A DNA stretch of 62,983 bases, counting the filler, from Sphacelaria rigidula (lineage: Eukaryota), in NCBI GenBank assembly GCA_964200075.2. It is 2 parts of 2 records of this genome, joined end to end, with 100 filler letters (N's around TTAATTAATTAA, not from the genome) between each part and the next. Parts side by side here need not be neighbours in the genome. Positions count along the whole stretch, not along the records: positions 1 to 31,522 come from CAXNAA020000049.1; 1 more part is not named here. One strand, 5' to 3'. The position numbers and the translations under genes are program-made. The notes beneath the pieces are model-generated. The model did not search any database. It was not told where the DNA came from and was given only the letters and a program-made list of their open reading frames with translations. Every line of letters begins with the position of its first letter. The stretch's first letter is position 1. Of this stretch, positions 1 through 12,905 are shown one piece after another.

Positions 1-307
1 GGGTGTGGCCCTGGGCACCGCCGGACAGCGCCAGGAGTAGGCTGGGGGCGGCGGGCGGGCGGGGGGGGGGGGGGGGGGACCTCGATGCGCTCCGGTCCAC
101 TTTGTTTTGTCTGTTTTACGGTCACCACTTCTCTTGCTTGCGACGCGATCCTCTTAATAACGACCCTGGCCCTTCAATCCCGGAACAGTAATCTCGGTCC
201 ATTCAACCAAGAGACAGTCACCCCCCAGTCTCCAGTCCGGGTTTGCTCATGCTCCACACTCTGGAGGCAGCCCTGCTGCCCTCCAGTATCATAATGTTCC
301 TAGTCCC

Positions 308-545
308 TGTTCATGAAAGCAGGTACACTGGGTGAACATGTATATGTGCAGATAGAGTTATGCTGACACACGGGTACTAGTAGTCGAGTGTGTGTGACTG
401 CAGTACAATGCTCAGGCCAGCAGCGTCGCCGCTGCTTGCTCTCACTCTTCGTCTGCTACCTCTTACTGAGATTTGACTCTATCAAGGCACTCTCCAATAA
501 TACAAGAAATGAAACACCCATCCTTCGCCACGGGCCACGGAATAC
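308..545 (+). repeat. 5' LTR of copia element (3'-truncated)
   Basis: Aligns to 5247-5482 from TGTTCATG through CCTTCGCCACGGGCCACGGA, then similarity stops. Confidence 0.85.
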
Positions 546-571
546 GCTAGTGTTATAACCGGTTAGGCAAA

Positions 572-3500
572 ATGACAGATCAAGGAGGTAGGCCTGCTCC
601 AGTGGTCGGGGGCGTGGGGGTAGTGAGAGAGTCCGGGGGCGTTAAAACTGATGGCGTCCTCGATAGTGATGGTTCCTATAGCTCACGGAGAGAATCCAGG
701 ACAAATATCAGTACAGTAGAGCGATCAAGTGCCGGAGGTCGAAGGGATCGCCAGTACATTGGGACTCAAGCCAGACCGGGGGAAGGAGCTCGCAGTGCGG
801 GGGACAACGGAGCCAGAGACGACGGAGCTAGGGGCTTTGTCCCCGACCGTGAGTTAGTCTACGTGTACGATGAGGTGTGAATGTGTCAGGAGTATCCGGT
901 TTTCGACAGAACGAGCCCAAATTTCAAGGGGAAAACTCAGAGTTCGCACGGTACAAACATGAGCTGATCGACTTTGCGAGGGGCGAAGGAATTAACTGGT
1001 TGTTGAGGTTGGTCGGCGACAGTTCGCACGACGTCGATGTTGGCGACCCTAAACTATCACTGGGATATCTGGAGACTAGATACGGGAAGGACATTGTGGC
1101 AGCCTAAGTGAGGGCGAGACGGATTATTGTTGCTAGTCTCGCAGGCAAGAGAGAGCAACATATATTGCTCAGACTTCACTCACCTGGCGTAGTATGGAAA
1201 AAACTTGCAGATGTCTATCGCCTCAACACAATCGGGGCAAGACTGGCGTTGTTAGAAAAGTTTTATGTAGTCGAGATTAATGTTCGTGACGATCCAGAGT
1301 AGAAGCTGCTCGAGATGGAAGACCTTGCACGAGACCTGAATCCATACGAGGATCATCTACCTCGAAGCGAGAACCATACCCTCTTGAAATCTCTCAATGC
1401 CTTGCCGTACGAGTACCACATCCAGAAGCATTGCTGGAGGCGAGAGGGGCCGCTAACACGAGAGGTTGTGATGACCTCTGTCCGAAAGCGCTTCGAGTCG
1501 GCCGCTTTCAAGCAAGAAATTACCCCGGGAAAGAAGTCATCCTCGGTCGACGAGGCTCTCCTCGCCAGGGGTAGGGTCGGAAAACCGAGCGGCGCACACC
1601 GCAAAGGAAAACTGGGCAAACCCCAGGGCTCTGGTCAGAAAAATGGCGGGAGCCAGAGTTCGAGTAGCTCTGGGTCGACGTCGTCGGACGGCAAACTGGC
1701 GACTGTGAAGCTGATCCGCTGCCACAGTTGCGAAGAGGACTCGACGCACCGCGCCAAGGACTGCCCGAGGAGATGCTGTGCGAGGTGCGGTCAAGCGGGG
1801 CGTAAGTTTCAAGACTGTCCGAGATCGACAGCGGAGAAAGAAGATGTGGGGATGACGATGGGCGCGGTTGATGACAGCGACGACTCCACTGTTTGCTCGG
1901 ACGCGGACGGGGAGGCTTTCACCTCTTTCGACACCATCAATGACGGAACAGGCGAATACGCACTGTGTGTTGCACAGGGGGGTGATACACAGCAGGGTGG
2001 GGGCGAATCGTCGGTATTTGATACGGGAGCTCCCCAGTATTTCTCCCCTGATTCCTGTGGGGTGATGGAGTATAGCGAGTGTCGGGGTAGGGTAATACGG
2101 TGCGCGGGTGGTAGTACTTACCCGATCGTAGGCAGAGAAAATTTGTGTCTTGCTTTCAGATCTGACGGACAGGATGTGGTGGTCAAATTAATGGATGTTG
2201 ATCATGTACCTGATGACCATCATCAACTTTTGTCACTCACAAGGATCCAAAATAGTGGGCACACCTACACTGGTTTTCGTGGAGGTTTCAGGGTAGATCT
2301 CATTTAAGGTAACACCCTGAACAAACCTGGACCAACTCGTCAACTGAAAACGTACGCCCGCTGCCTTGACCAAAATGGTAGTGACAAGAGTGCTTCGGCA
2401 TATGCTGTGATTGCGCCGGGGGCCTCGCGTAGCCCCCAGATCGTTGATATAGACGATTTTCACTCTGCGCACGCCCACGTTCAGAAGGACCTACTGCGAA
2501 CGACCGCGAAGCAGCTGGGAATGCAGCTGATTGGAGAGTTGCAGCCCTGCCGCGGTTGCTTGGAGGCGAAGGGACTACGGCGGCCGATTCCAAGATCGAC
2601 GCACACGAGAGCACAAGCGATCCAGACGCCGGGCGAGCCGAAGGATTCCAAGGTCGATGCAAGCCAGGAAGTGAGCAAGAAAATGGTGAAACTTCGATAG
2701 CGGACACTTCGTCAAGCGGTTCCTCAAGCGCACCGTCCTCCCCGCCAAGTTCCGTGAGTGAGGGGGGCGAGGCAGCACCGCAGATCCCCGCCAATACTGG
2801 AGGGGGACGAAGTGACTTGACCGTGCCCGCGAGCGGGGGGAGAAGACGGGATGATAACACAGATCCTCGTTCCAGATTCAGTAAACGGAGGGGGTGAGGG
2901 GGAACAAGAAACATCATCTACATCGATGCCGACATCAACGCTGACATCAACGCCGACGCCGACACCTACGCCGACGCCCACATCAACGCAGATGCCCACA
3001 TCGGCATCGTACACTCCCTCGTTGCCTGCAGTGTCACCCTCTTCCACGGGTTCCTCGCAAGACGGCGGGCGGGGCGGCGACGCTCCTCAACTACCGAGGA
3101 CCTAGCGGCGTCGTCTCACGTGGGCCGACGAGTTGCCGACACCAAGGGCGGGGCGTACTTGGAGCCAAACGCGTGAAGCCATGGGATCGGCGTACACACA
3201 CGGCGAGACGCTGATGGTTAGCGAAAGGGAAAAGGGCAGAAAGGAAGCGGAGATGGCGCTGGCGGGGATGGGCGAAGACAAATGCTCAGCCGTGGAGATG
3301 ATGACCGCGGCAGCAGGGCAGGTGGCAGGACAACACGCAATCGTCTCGATCCAGAACGAGTTGGCCGACAACGAGTTTTTTGTTTTGTTGCTGAGGAAGA
3401 CAGAGGAGGGCAGCCCGAATTTGGTTTGCGTTCACCGGTTGGCCTGCATGTAAGTGAAGTAGAGGCAGCATCCACCAGTATGGATGACATAGCGACATCG

Positions 3501-4980
3501 GAGTTCCTGGAGGCATGGCTTGGCGCGATGCATGCAGAACTGGGAGGGCACAAAAAGGCTGGAACATTTTCGATTGGTACAGTACCAGAAGAAGTTAATG
3601 TGATCTCAGCAAAATGGGGTTTCAGTTGGAAAACCGCCGCCGATGGTACCGTAACGGACAACGTTTCGCGGTCGACTATTTCGAGACTCTCGCGGCCACG
3701 CCCTCCATGGCCTCCATTAAACTGGTCATGGCAGTGGCAGTTCAGGAAGAGTGGCCATTGTGCCATTTTGACGTAACTTTTGTTGAAGCGAAGATGGACA
3801 CTGACGTGCGCATGAGGTTGCTACGGTTTGACAGGCATGACCGTTGAGCTCGAAAAATCCATTTATGGGATCAAACAAGCAGGCAGGCAGTGGTCACGTC
3901 TTCTGTGCCAAACTTTATTGGAGGATGTCGGGATGGTGCAGTGTGAGGCTGACCCTTGTGCTTTCAAGATGGAGGATGCAGGAGACGTGCGTGTAATTTT
4001 AGTCGTCCATGTGGATGACATTTTGATCAGTGGTGCTGAGGGAAATGTGCGAAAGGTGGACAAAATTCTGAACGACAAGTTCCCCACGAACAATCTCGGA
4101 GAGGTCACATGGTACATGGGGTGTGCGGTGGACAGATATTAGGATAGAGGCACGCTGTCAGTGACGCAAATTACATTCACGGACACGCTCCTGAAGCGTT
4201 TTCAGGTGAAGGGATACGCAGAAATCCCGGCCTCTGTTTCTGTTAAGTTGGGACCGACAACGGGCGAGAACACAGTGGTGAATCGTCCATATCGTAACGC
4301 AGTGGGGCGGGGGCTGGTGTGACTGGCAACAGTCACTAGACAAGACGTGGCAGATGCAGTACGAGTTCTCGCTCGCCAGTCACATGACCCGTGCGAGAGG
4401 CACTGGGAAGCAGTAGTAAAAATGCTGAAGTATCTCAAGAGAACGAAGGAATTTCGACTTACGTTCAAGAGAGATCACAACATGCTTTCAGTTTACTGTG
4501 ATGCAAGCTACGCTAACAAGAAAACAGAAAGGCGTTAAGTCTCGGGGGTAGCCCTGATGTATGGTGGTGTGGTAGTGTCGGCGACGAGTCGCACAAAACA
4601 CTGTGTGACTCTATCAACCACGGAAGCGGAGTATGTCGCAATGGCGGAGGGGGCGAAATAGGGACTGTCTGTGAAGGCAATGTTGACGTTTTGCGACCTC
4701 AGACTGTGTCGGGATGTGGGGAGGACCACGGTATTGTCTTGTACGAGGACAACGAGGGAGCCAAGGCTCTCGCCGAAAACGCCATCAGTTCTGAAAAGTA
4801 AGCACATCGATATGAGGTATCACTGTCACTTCATTCGAGAGCTGGTGGGGACGGGCAAGATCAGGGTCCTGCATGTAGATTAAGGATGGCAGCATGCCGA
4901 TATTTTGACAAAGCCTCTCTCGATCAACTTGTTTGCGAGGCACAGACGGGTTTTGATGAATTTGGAAGGTGACAAGTAGA
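572..4980 (+). pseudogene. copia gag-pol polyprotein, disrupted by stops, frameshifts and deletions
   Basis: Fragmented ORFs 877-1107, 1108-1302, 1315-2307, 2407-2700, 3282-3776, 3828-4142, 4347-4538 and 4671-4883 carry successive gag/PR/IN/RT/RH motifs. Confidence 0.88.
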
Positions 4981-5246
4981 CATGTTCTTGTGTGTGTCCT
5001 TGTCGTGCTAGCCCCGTAATGCATTTATACGCATGTTGGGTCAAGTCGCCCACGCTACTTTGAGGGGCATTGGTGTTTCAGGGCGTTTCCTGACATGACG
5101 TGTATCTGCCTTGACCGACGTCCATGGATTATCTAGATGGAGCACAAGCACTTCAGGGAAGTTTTTTTTTGCTCGGATGGCCGAGTTTCCTCCTTTTTTT
5201 TTCTTGACACATAGCCATGACGATTGATTTACCAGTTCAGAGGGGG

Positions 5247-5822
5247 TGTTCATGTGAGCAGGTGCAGTGAGTGAGCATGTACATGTGCGGATAGAGATAT
5301 GCTGACGCACGGGTACTAGTAGTCGAGTGTGTGTGACTGCAGTACCATGCTCAGGCCAGCAGCGTCGCCGCTGCTAGCCCTCACTCTTTCGTCTGATCCC
5401 TCTCACCGAGGTTTGACTCTGTCAAGGCACTCTCCAATAATACAAGAGATAAAACTATCCATCCTTCGCCACGGGCCACGGACTAGTCCCGAGCCCTGTT
5501 CTCTTGGAAGGTCTACCTTCTCCAACCAAGTTCGCATTGGTTATCACCCGCTCCGTGCACTCCTTATCGAGTGAGAAACTATCACCTGTTCAGCTGCTAG
5601 CCCTCTCACTCTTTGTCTGATCCCCATTACCGAGGTCCGACTCTGTCAAGGCACTCTCCAATAATACAAGAGATAAAACTATCTATCCTTCGCCACAGGC
5701 CACGGAATAGTCCTAAGCCCTGTTCTCTTGGAAGGCCTACCTTCTTCAACCAAGTTCGCATTGGTTATCACCAGCTCCATGCACTCCTTATCGAGTGAGA
5801 AACTGTTACATCTTCACCTACA
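5247..5822 (+). repeat. 3' LTR of copia element containing a ~223-bp tandem duplication
   Basis: TG start after the PPT. The unit GCTGCTAGCCCTC...GTGAGAAACT occurs at 5370-5592 and again at 5593-~5815. Confidence 0.85.
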
Positions 5823-6274
5823 GTCCTGGACAAGATAGATCGTACCCGCAGTCTGTACTAACAAAAATGAAGCAATACGCGTCAAGCAGTCAGCGATTCC
5901 GTGTATCGCGTGATAATCATACTTTCGTTGCCCGACCGCACTGCTACGCGATTTTGTCACAATGTGATGAAGGTTGCAGTTGTTTCTCAGGAGGGCCTTG
6001 TCGATCGATTTACCCTCGCACTTGTACGAGTAAGCGTGAGGGACAAGACACATGACAAGGACTGTACACTGTCGTGTACAACCAAGAAGACGAAGGGCCT
6101 CATCAAAGATCAAAGATCTGTCCGCTCATGATACTAGTATAAATATACGAGGTATTTGTTTACAGAGATCTGTGTACAATAGTACCATGTCGTCAGATTT
6201 CATACGGTAAAAAACCATTCGTGTATCGATCAACGTGTTAGGAATAGCGGGGAATCACCAAAACAAAAGCTCGC

Positions 6275-6904
6275 CTTGAGATGGACCAGCATCTCCATGT
6301 TCATCGCAGAGCCGTCGTTCGTCACCTCCCGAATCTGCAAGGCAAGGTCAATCGGCCGCAGTCTCTTGGGCGCTGGCTCTGGTACCTCTTCCTCCGCGTC
6401 CCCCTCAATCCCCGCAGTCTCGTCCACCGCCCCCGCTGCCTCGCCGTCAGGTACAGCTGCCGCAGAAGCCCCTGCCGGGGCAACAGCATCGCCATCATCT
6501 TGAGGGTCAGTGCGTTTAAACCCCACCACCGCTGACGCCGCCGGCATGACGGCTTCCGAAGGTGCTGCCGCCGCCGCCGCCACCGCTGCCACAGGTACCA
6601 CAGGCACCGCTGTCGCTCCATCACCTGGTGCTGAAGCTGCTGCAGCCCCTGCGGAGGCAACTTCTTCTAGCCGTTTCGTTTGAAAAGTACCCCCGACAGG
6701 CGCACTTTCTCCGCCAGCTTGAGTTGATAACGATGATGGCGGTCCTTCTTGCTCGATGATATTGGCCGGGGAAGACTGATGATCATGATCTATCGTTCCA
6801 TTTACCGCTGTCAGCGGTGGCGGCGGCGGTGGCGGCAGTGGTGGCAGAGGTGGCAATGGCGATTCGGGCAGTACCCGATCCACATCGGAGAATTGAGATT
6901 GCAT
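6275..6904 (-). CDS. GCN5: Histone acetyltransferase GCN5/PCAF-like, first coding exon (rest of gene lies beyond the window start)
   Basis: A long Pro/Ala-rich N-terminus is followed by IREVTNDGSAMNMEMLVHLK, resembling the start of the GCN5 GNAT domain (..VvnNDg...nm..L.gLKniF). Similarity ends at a GC-type donor AAG|GCGAG at 6274. Confidence 0.7.
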
Positions 6905-7550
6905 TTTTCTGTCGTCGTTGCACTTGTTTGCCGGATTGTCCCAGAGTTTTGATTAAAAAAATTAGGTGCTGTGATGTTCACCGCGAATTGGCGACTTCCT
7001 GAGCTTTAAACTCGTTTCGGAAGGATGGTGAAGGATGGAATCGGAGTGTCTCAGATTCCCTTCCACGTTATCGTGGGGGGCAGGGCGTGATGAGACCTTC
7101 TCTGTGTGTCGAGAGCTCCTGGCGATGTGGTTCTGCCGCTAAAAATGAACTTGTTCAGACCCACGGTCGAAAGGAGGAGAGTTTTGTCAGATTTTCTAGA
7201 AAACGAGTAGAAAATGTATGCTTTCGGTGAATGCGGGGAGGGCTTTGGTGAAGCGTATTCGAAACGTAGTATCATATTTTACCTAGGTAAGATAATACAT
7301 ATTGTCTATGGTTCGAGGAACAAAACGACTATAATACATATGTGGTGACAAAAAATGGATACGAATTGGAAGTGAAAAATATAAAGTACTAGAAAACGAT
7401 AGTGTATGCAAAGAAAATTGGATAATGGCTTACGTATGCCAGTCTCAGTTATTCACACCAGCAAAACTGCTGCGCTCGCTCCAGCGCCCGTACTGTAGAC
7501 AGCCCCCAACGCACGCCAGGTTGCACTTTATCCGGAGAAGAAGCAAAAAT

Positions 7551-10500
7551 ATGCTCACTTTCAATCTCGCTCGCGCTGCGGCGTCAGCAGCGGCGCGACC
7601 ATCAGCTGCAGTGGGTCTTGCGAGAAGAGTTACTGCGGCTGCAAGGGAGGCAGGTGGGGCACAGCTTGCGTGCAGCATGATCTCGAGGAGCTGTGTCGGT
7701 GGCGGCGTTGTCAACAACCGTCGCAGCCTTGTCAGCAGAAGTAGCAGCAGTCGAGCAGCAAGTACAGATGATGAGGATCCTTCCTTGGCTGAGGTACTTC
7801 GTCAGGAGTACGCCGAGGAAAAGTCGCTGTCTATGATGGACCCTGGTGAGATCATTGTTTCGTTGCCCTCGTGCGAATCAGTGGTGCGGGGTTTTGAAGG
7901 TTTGAATCCTGTGGATGGTATGGGGTTAGGATTTGTCTTCGCTTCCTTGTTGGGCGTCTCGAAAGTCATTGTCACCGGGCGCAAACACGTTGATGGTGAT
8001 GTGGTGAGTTTTGCCTCCTCTACTTCGAGGCCGTCGACGTCTCTGCTTTTTTTTGTCATGGTGTAGAGTTGACGTACCTGTACCTCTCGTGAGGTGCTAG
8101 TGCCTTGAGTGTATCTTCAGGCAGCAAGTACAGTCGAGTGTACGGAGAAAAATTCTATCGCTGAACAGCAGGTGGGGCTAACCTTGTCGTGTATCGAAGG
8201 TATCTCTCCTTTCGTGGTGTATGCTCGAGTGATCTCTCTCTTGTCTTTCCGTACAAAAAAACAGAAGGATCGCACTGAGCAACAATTTTTTGGCTGTCAG
8301 GGAAGCAACAAAAATGGTCCTTCTCCAGTGTTGCTCCTTTTCGATAATGTGGAGGCGGTGTTTTAGAAGGTTAGGCGTGAAGAAAACAAGAAAATCCGCA
8401 CCTCGATTGTGATGACGCTTAAACTTGGAGGATGTGTTGATTGTCACTACAGCAAGGTCTCACAGTCGCAGCCGCATCCGCACAAGGCGTTGAGGGCCCG
8501 GTCTGCACTGAAACGGCGAATGCAAGGGTCACCTGTTTATTATTTTTATTCAGCACTACCTGTCTGATGACTGCACTGGGTACGGCATCGGTCGGGCTCG
8601 CAGGCCGGAACGGATCCTGCCGGCGTCGTCGTCGATCTCCGCCCAGTTAGAGATGAACGCTCGCAGAAACCCAGCAAAGAAGCAGCATCTGGGCTCCCTC
8701 ATATACACGAGGGTCGGGGGCTGAAGATTCCCGGTCCAAAAAGCTCGACATGTCAAGGTCAAGCTTCTCTCGCGCGATCACTACGTTTAGCCACGGACCC
8801 TTGCCAGCGTACCCGACAAGGGGGTAACATACCCGTACGGAAAGTAGTAATTTTAGCGTATCTCTAGTGCTGACAGTCTGGCAGCCGGCAAGGTGGTTAG
8901 AGTAGTGTTTTTCTAACGATATCAACTTACAGTGCCCTGTGGTAGAGTTTGCATGTGAATATTTTGGCGATTGCCCCACTTGCACTTTGCCCATATGTTG
9001 CGGATTTTTTTCACGATCTCAGCGTGCCAAATTATATGTGAAGTGTACTACGCCCTGGGCAAAGATTTCTACCGTCAGTACGTACACAATATTAAAAGTT
9101 TACTGCGCACAGTATGTAATCCATTGCCTGCTGGAATTTGTGTAATACTCGTACTTGTAGTCGGTAACTGCACGCTACATGTAGACACCAGCGGGTAAAA
9201 ATCCCCACTAAATGGAATGTTGAAGGCGGATTTCGCGCCATGGCGGCTGTGTTGTCATACAGCTTCGCCCCAGGTACGGGCAGTCATTATAGCGGCGGAG
9301 GCGGTGTTTCACTCCTGCGTGCGCCACCTGTTGAAAACGCACGCTGAGCTGCAACCCAGGCGGCTGTACAAAATATGGCGTACATGGCGACATAGCGCGT
9401 CGCGAGGGGTGATATCGTGATATCCCATGTACACGTTGGCCATAGCACAAGCATCTGCGTTCATGTTGTGTCGACCTAGTGAGACAGCGGGGAATCAATG
9501 CAGCACAGGGATGGGCTGAGTATGTAACTTCTTGCGGTGTGCTATGTCTCGCTGCACCCTGCCGCTGTGCAGTGAGCAGGTAGTACCGCCCAAGGCGTCA
9601 CTGCTGCGTTGGTACGCAGCAGCGAACACAGACAGCAAGCAGTATATTCTATACAGCTGTATATGTGTTTCAAGAGGGATGCGCACGGGGTAAGGCCCGC
9701 ATCTGGAGAACCCTGCGCCAACTTTGCCCCGTTCTAGCGTAAAGAGACACCTTTTCAGCGGCAGTCTCTTACGATATGTGCTGTGACGGATCTCTTGCGC
9801 GATGCGGCCTTTTCCACTGTGGGACATCGCCCGTGAAGCCACCTGTTGAAGCTGACAGTGCCCACCCCTCTTCCCATGCTGACCTCCCTGAGGACGAGAT
9901 CAATGAAACCGCGGAACATGACTAAAGCTACTGGAACGTACACGTCTCCGACGCGAGTGCCTCCATACTACCGATGAGGAATAACACTGTATCTCTACAA
10001 CCATTCTTTGTTCTGCGTGTCGCCTCGCCCAGAGCTCAAGTCCATGGTAGACGTGCTCGCGTCTAAGGGAATCTCGATCAAGGACGAGCCTGGGTCTGCA
10101 GTGGTTCGCCTTTTCGGACCAGGAATCGGAAATGAAAAGGTACGATCTGTGGTGTCCATGAGTCAGACTGTAAGAGCGTTCATCTACCCGTACGAGCCTG
10201 TCAGCGAACGAACATCCGGAATGTAAATGATCGGCGCTCAAAGAGTCAACTGAAGACACTTCCTTAGGCTCAGAGATACATGAGCTTTTCTTGAGACAGC
10301 TTGTCGTGAATTGGAGTGAGTTGAAGTCAGGTACCAGCTTTCCGAAAAAAGGAGACGGTGCACCTATGTTCTCGTCTTGAGTAACTCAACCATGATGAAG
10401 ACTTGAAATCCCGTAGGTATTGTAGTCTCGCTGATGAAGCGTGCCGCATATACCAAGGCTGCAGCAGAACGGAGACACCCCAAAAATGTAGGCATATATC

Positions 10501-11912
10501 ACTGCCCCAAAAAACTCGTGTGCAGCGCACTATTTAGGGTGGTACGGCACGGGAGTATCGACGCCAATACAACAACGTGGATCCTCATCTACCCCTCCTG
10601 CCGCCCGCTTTTCGTACCCTGACGCGACAGGTGATGATTGAGTTTTCTTGTCAGGAAGAGGGAGATGGGGATGACGGGTGGCACGACGATACGGAGGATG
10701 ACTCGGACCAGGTAGAGATGTCGTCGGAGCAATTGGCGGAGCAAATGAAGGACGAGGAAGAACCCGAGGGAGAAGACGCAGGCAAGTCGCTCGTAATGCA
10801 CTATATATGAGTGTTAACCCCGCTTCCCCCACTCATTCCAAGGGAGGAATGAAGCGGATCGCTCTCTCGACCATTTCCAGTCTGGATTCCTCGTGAGTTG
10901 TTGCTGTTGTTGTTTCAGCGGTGGCAGCTTTTCGATTGGCGGTTCTCGACGCAAGAGCCTCTCGCTATGGCGGAGGCCCGATCCGTGTCTTCGCGTCGCC
11001 ACGTCTGTCTGTTCCGACTCCTTTGCACTTCGTTCTCAACTCCCAGGTGCCATTTTCTTGTGTTCCTGCGAAGGCCTCTGACAGCTCACCGTATGCAAGA
11101 CCAAAAAACAATGATTTGAAGAAACTGTAACCATAGTACAACAATCGCAAGTCTCTATGCGGCATCCCCGACCCTCCCCCCGTTCTGATGTAAACGTGCG
11201 TCCTGACTCACAGGGTTCAGGTTTGTGGCGACCATCACGAAGGGTCCCAAGAAGTTGATTTTCACCGGCACGGCCACGAACAAAATCTCGCTCGCAGGGG
11301 TCACCCAGTGCCCGGCGACCGCGGATCACAAGGACATGGCGGTGTACCAGGGTCCCGTGTTCGAGGAGCTGGACCCGCAAGTACAGGTGAATGACAGGAT
11401 TGCAAAAAAATGGACGACTTGTGTCTCAGGAGACACTCGGACTACCTTCCGCATTTCTCTTTGACTTGTGTCGCAGACCATCAAATAGCGCGCTGTACGT
11501 TTCATTGAGGGCAAACAAATAAACTTCAGCTTGCGTCACGCTCGACTTGTTTAGCCGGATCGCATCGCCCAGACATTCGCAGGGTGCCTTGCACGTAAAT
11601 ATGTCCTTCGTATGTTCTAATATCGCGAGCTGTACAAAATCGTTGATGCCATCGTTCTGTGCAAGAATGCTGCTAGTCACCACACGCGGAAGACGTGGTC
11701 GACTACAGCGACTCATGATCTCATTGGTCAACTCTCTGGGCCTCTCTTCTCCTTATTTCGTTGTTTTGCATCCGCAGGACTCGTTACTTGCCTACCTGAG
11801 GCAACGCGAAATCGGAGATGATATGGCCACCTTCATTTGCATGTACGCAGACTACAAGGAGCAGATGGAGTACCTCAATTGGTTGAGCGAGCTGGAATCC
11901 TTCATTACCTGA
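7551..11912 (+). CDS. MAM33: Mitochondrial acidic matrix glycoprotein, MAM33/p32 (gC1qR) family, 5 exons, 286 aa
   Basis: Exons 7551-7845, 10033-10139, 10631-10781 (GC donor), 11214-11386 and 11778-11912 splice in frame. The protein has an Arg/Ala/Ser-rich mitochondrial presequence, an acidic loop, and the C-terminal signature YQGPVFEELDPQVQDSLLAYLRQREIGDDMATFICMYADYKEQMEYLNWL. Confidence 0.9.
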
Positions 11913-12624
11913 AGAAGAAACATGTTACTTGATCCCTTTCGGTTGCGCGGCGCTGTGCACGCGCGCGCTTACGTGGGCGTTGTCAGTAGCGCCAGTGGTT
12001 TTGACAGTGGGCCGATTGATTTCCCGCGGGTGTTGACATGTCAGGGCGAACGTTAAATAGGGGGAGATGTAGTCGGGCTAGTAGATGTATATGTGCTTTA
12101 TGAGCCCGATGTCCAAGTAAGTACTGTAGTTTTGTTGTCATACTTTCCGCCTCTTTTTGTGTACTCCAAAAATTACGTGCACCATGCTTGTGATTGATGA
12201 ACGTAGTGGAGGGGCCGACGCCAATAATGTTTCATGATGTTGACGTAACGTGCTGATAATGGGAGGACCGTCACCGTCATGTTTCTTGCCTCTATCTCCC
12301 ACGTTCATGAGCAACGGTCGACAAACTTTCGGAAAGTGTGATGATATTTCTCGCGGTGTGGCATCTTACACTCATCGGCCGCGAGTTCGTTGATATCTAT
12401 CTCTTGTACATGCGATACATACGAAGCTACACATCCCTGAAGGAAACACTGGGAGATACTATAAAAGAGCGTGGAGGCCTGCACTACATGAGCTACCGTC
12501 CTGGTTGCTGTTCGAGGAGTTGAAGGTGGACATTCTACTCGAAGCATGTATTATGGCACCCATTCAGGATTGCTGACGAGGGCTGTAGTGTGTATGCGGG
12601 GGTAAGGAATGAAACGAAACATGA

Positions 12625-12905
12625 TGTACTGTTACTATCCCATCTATGTGGGCGCACCAGCCGGGGCCACACAAGGGCTTTATTTGTTCTTGTATTGGAA
12701 CGCCACCTTCCTTGTGCGGTGCTCGCCTGTTTTTTTTCCCGCGAGAAAAGGTGACTAATCGCTTTCTCTCGTGGACCGGGAAGTGAAATATCGTGTAACC
12801 ACGACATAGTCGGCTCTCCACTGTTGGGCATTGTGTAAAAAAACATCCCAGGTCGCCCCGAGTTTTGAACGCATATAACGCAACCGTCTGAATTTTTCGA
12901 GCATA
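12625..12905 (-). mobile_element. tRNA-derived SINE copy (degenerate)
   Basis: The reverse complement matches 42000-42330. Shared blocks: GGCGCACCAGCCGGG, CCTTCCTTGTGCGGTGCT, CCACGACAT..CTCTCCACTGTT.GGCAT. Confidence 0.75.

Larger units (their letters stand above)
308..5822 (+). mobile_element. Degenerate Ty1/copia LTR retrotransposon
   Basis: Paired LTRs both start TGTTCATG (308, 5247). PPT AGAGGGGG lies just before 5247. The element ends CA at 5822, with near-TSD GTCCC (303-307)/GTCCT (5823-5827). Domains are in copia order: gag, zinc knuckles (CHSC..H..C, CARC..), protease FDTGA, integrase HHCC finger, RT (LEKSIYGIKQAGRQW, VHVDDILI), RNase H (YCDASYA, STTEAEY, KHIDMRYH). Confidence 0.93.

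Noticed and set aside
2851..3105. Thr/Pro-repeat ORF resembling a cell-wall glycoprotein
   Set aside because: It lies in the integrase-RT linker of the copia element and has no signal peptide.
5329..5798. Two similar short ORFs suggesting a duplicated gene
   Set aside because: They are translations of the tandem duplication inside the 3' LTR.
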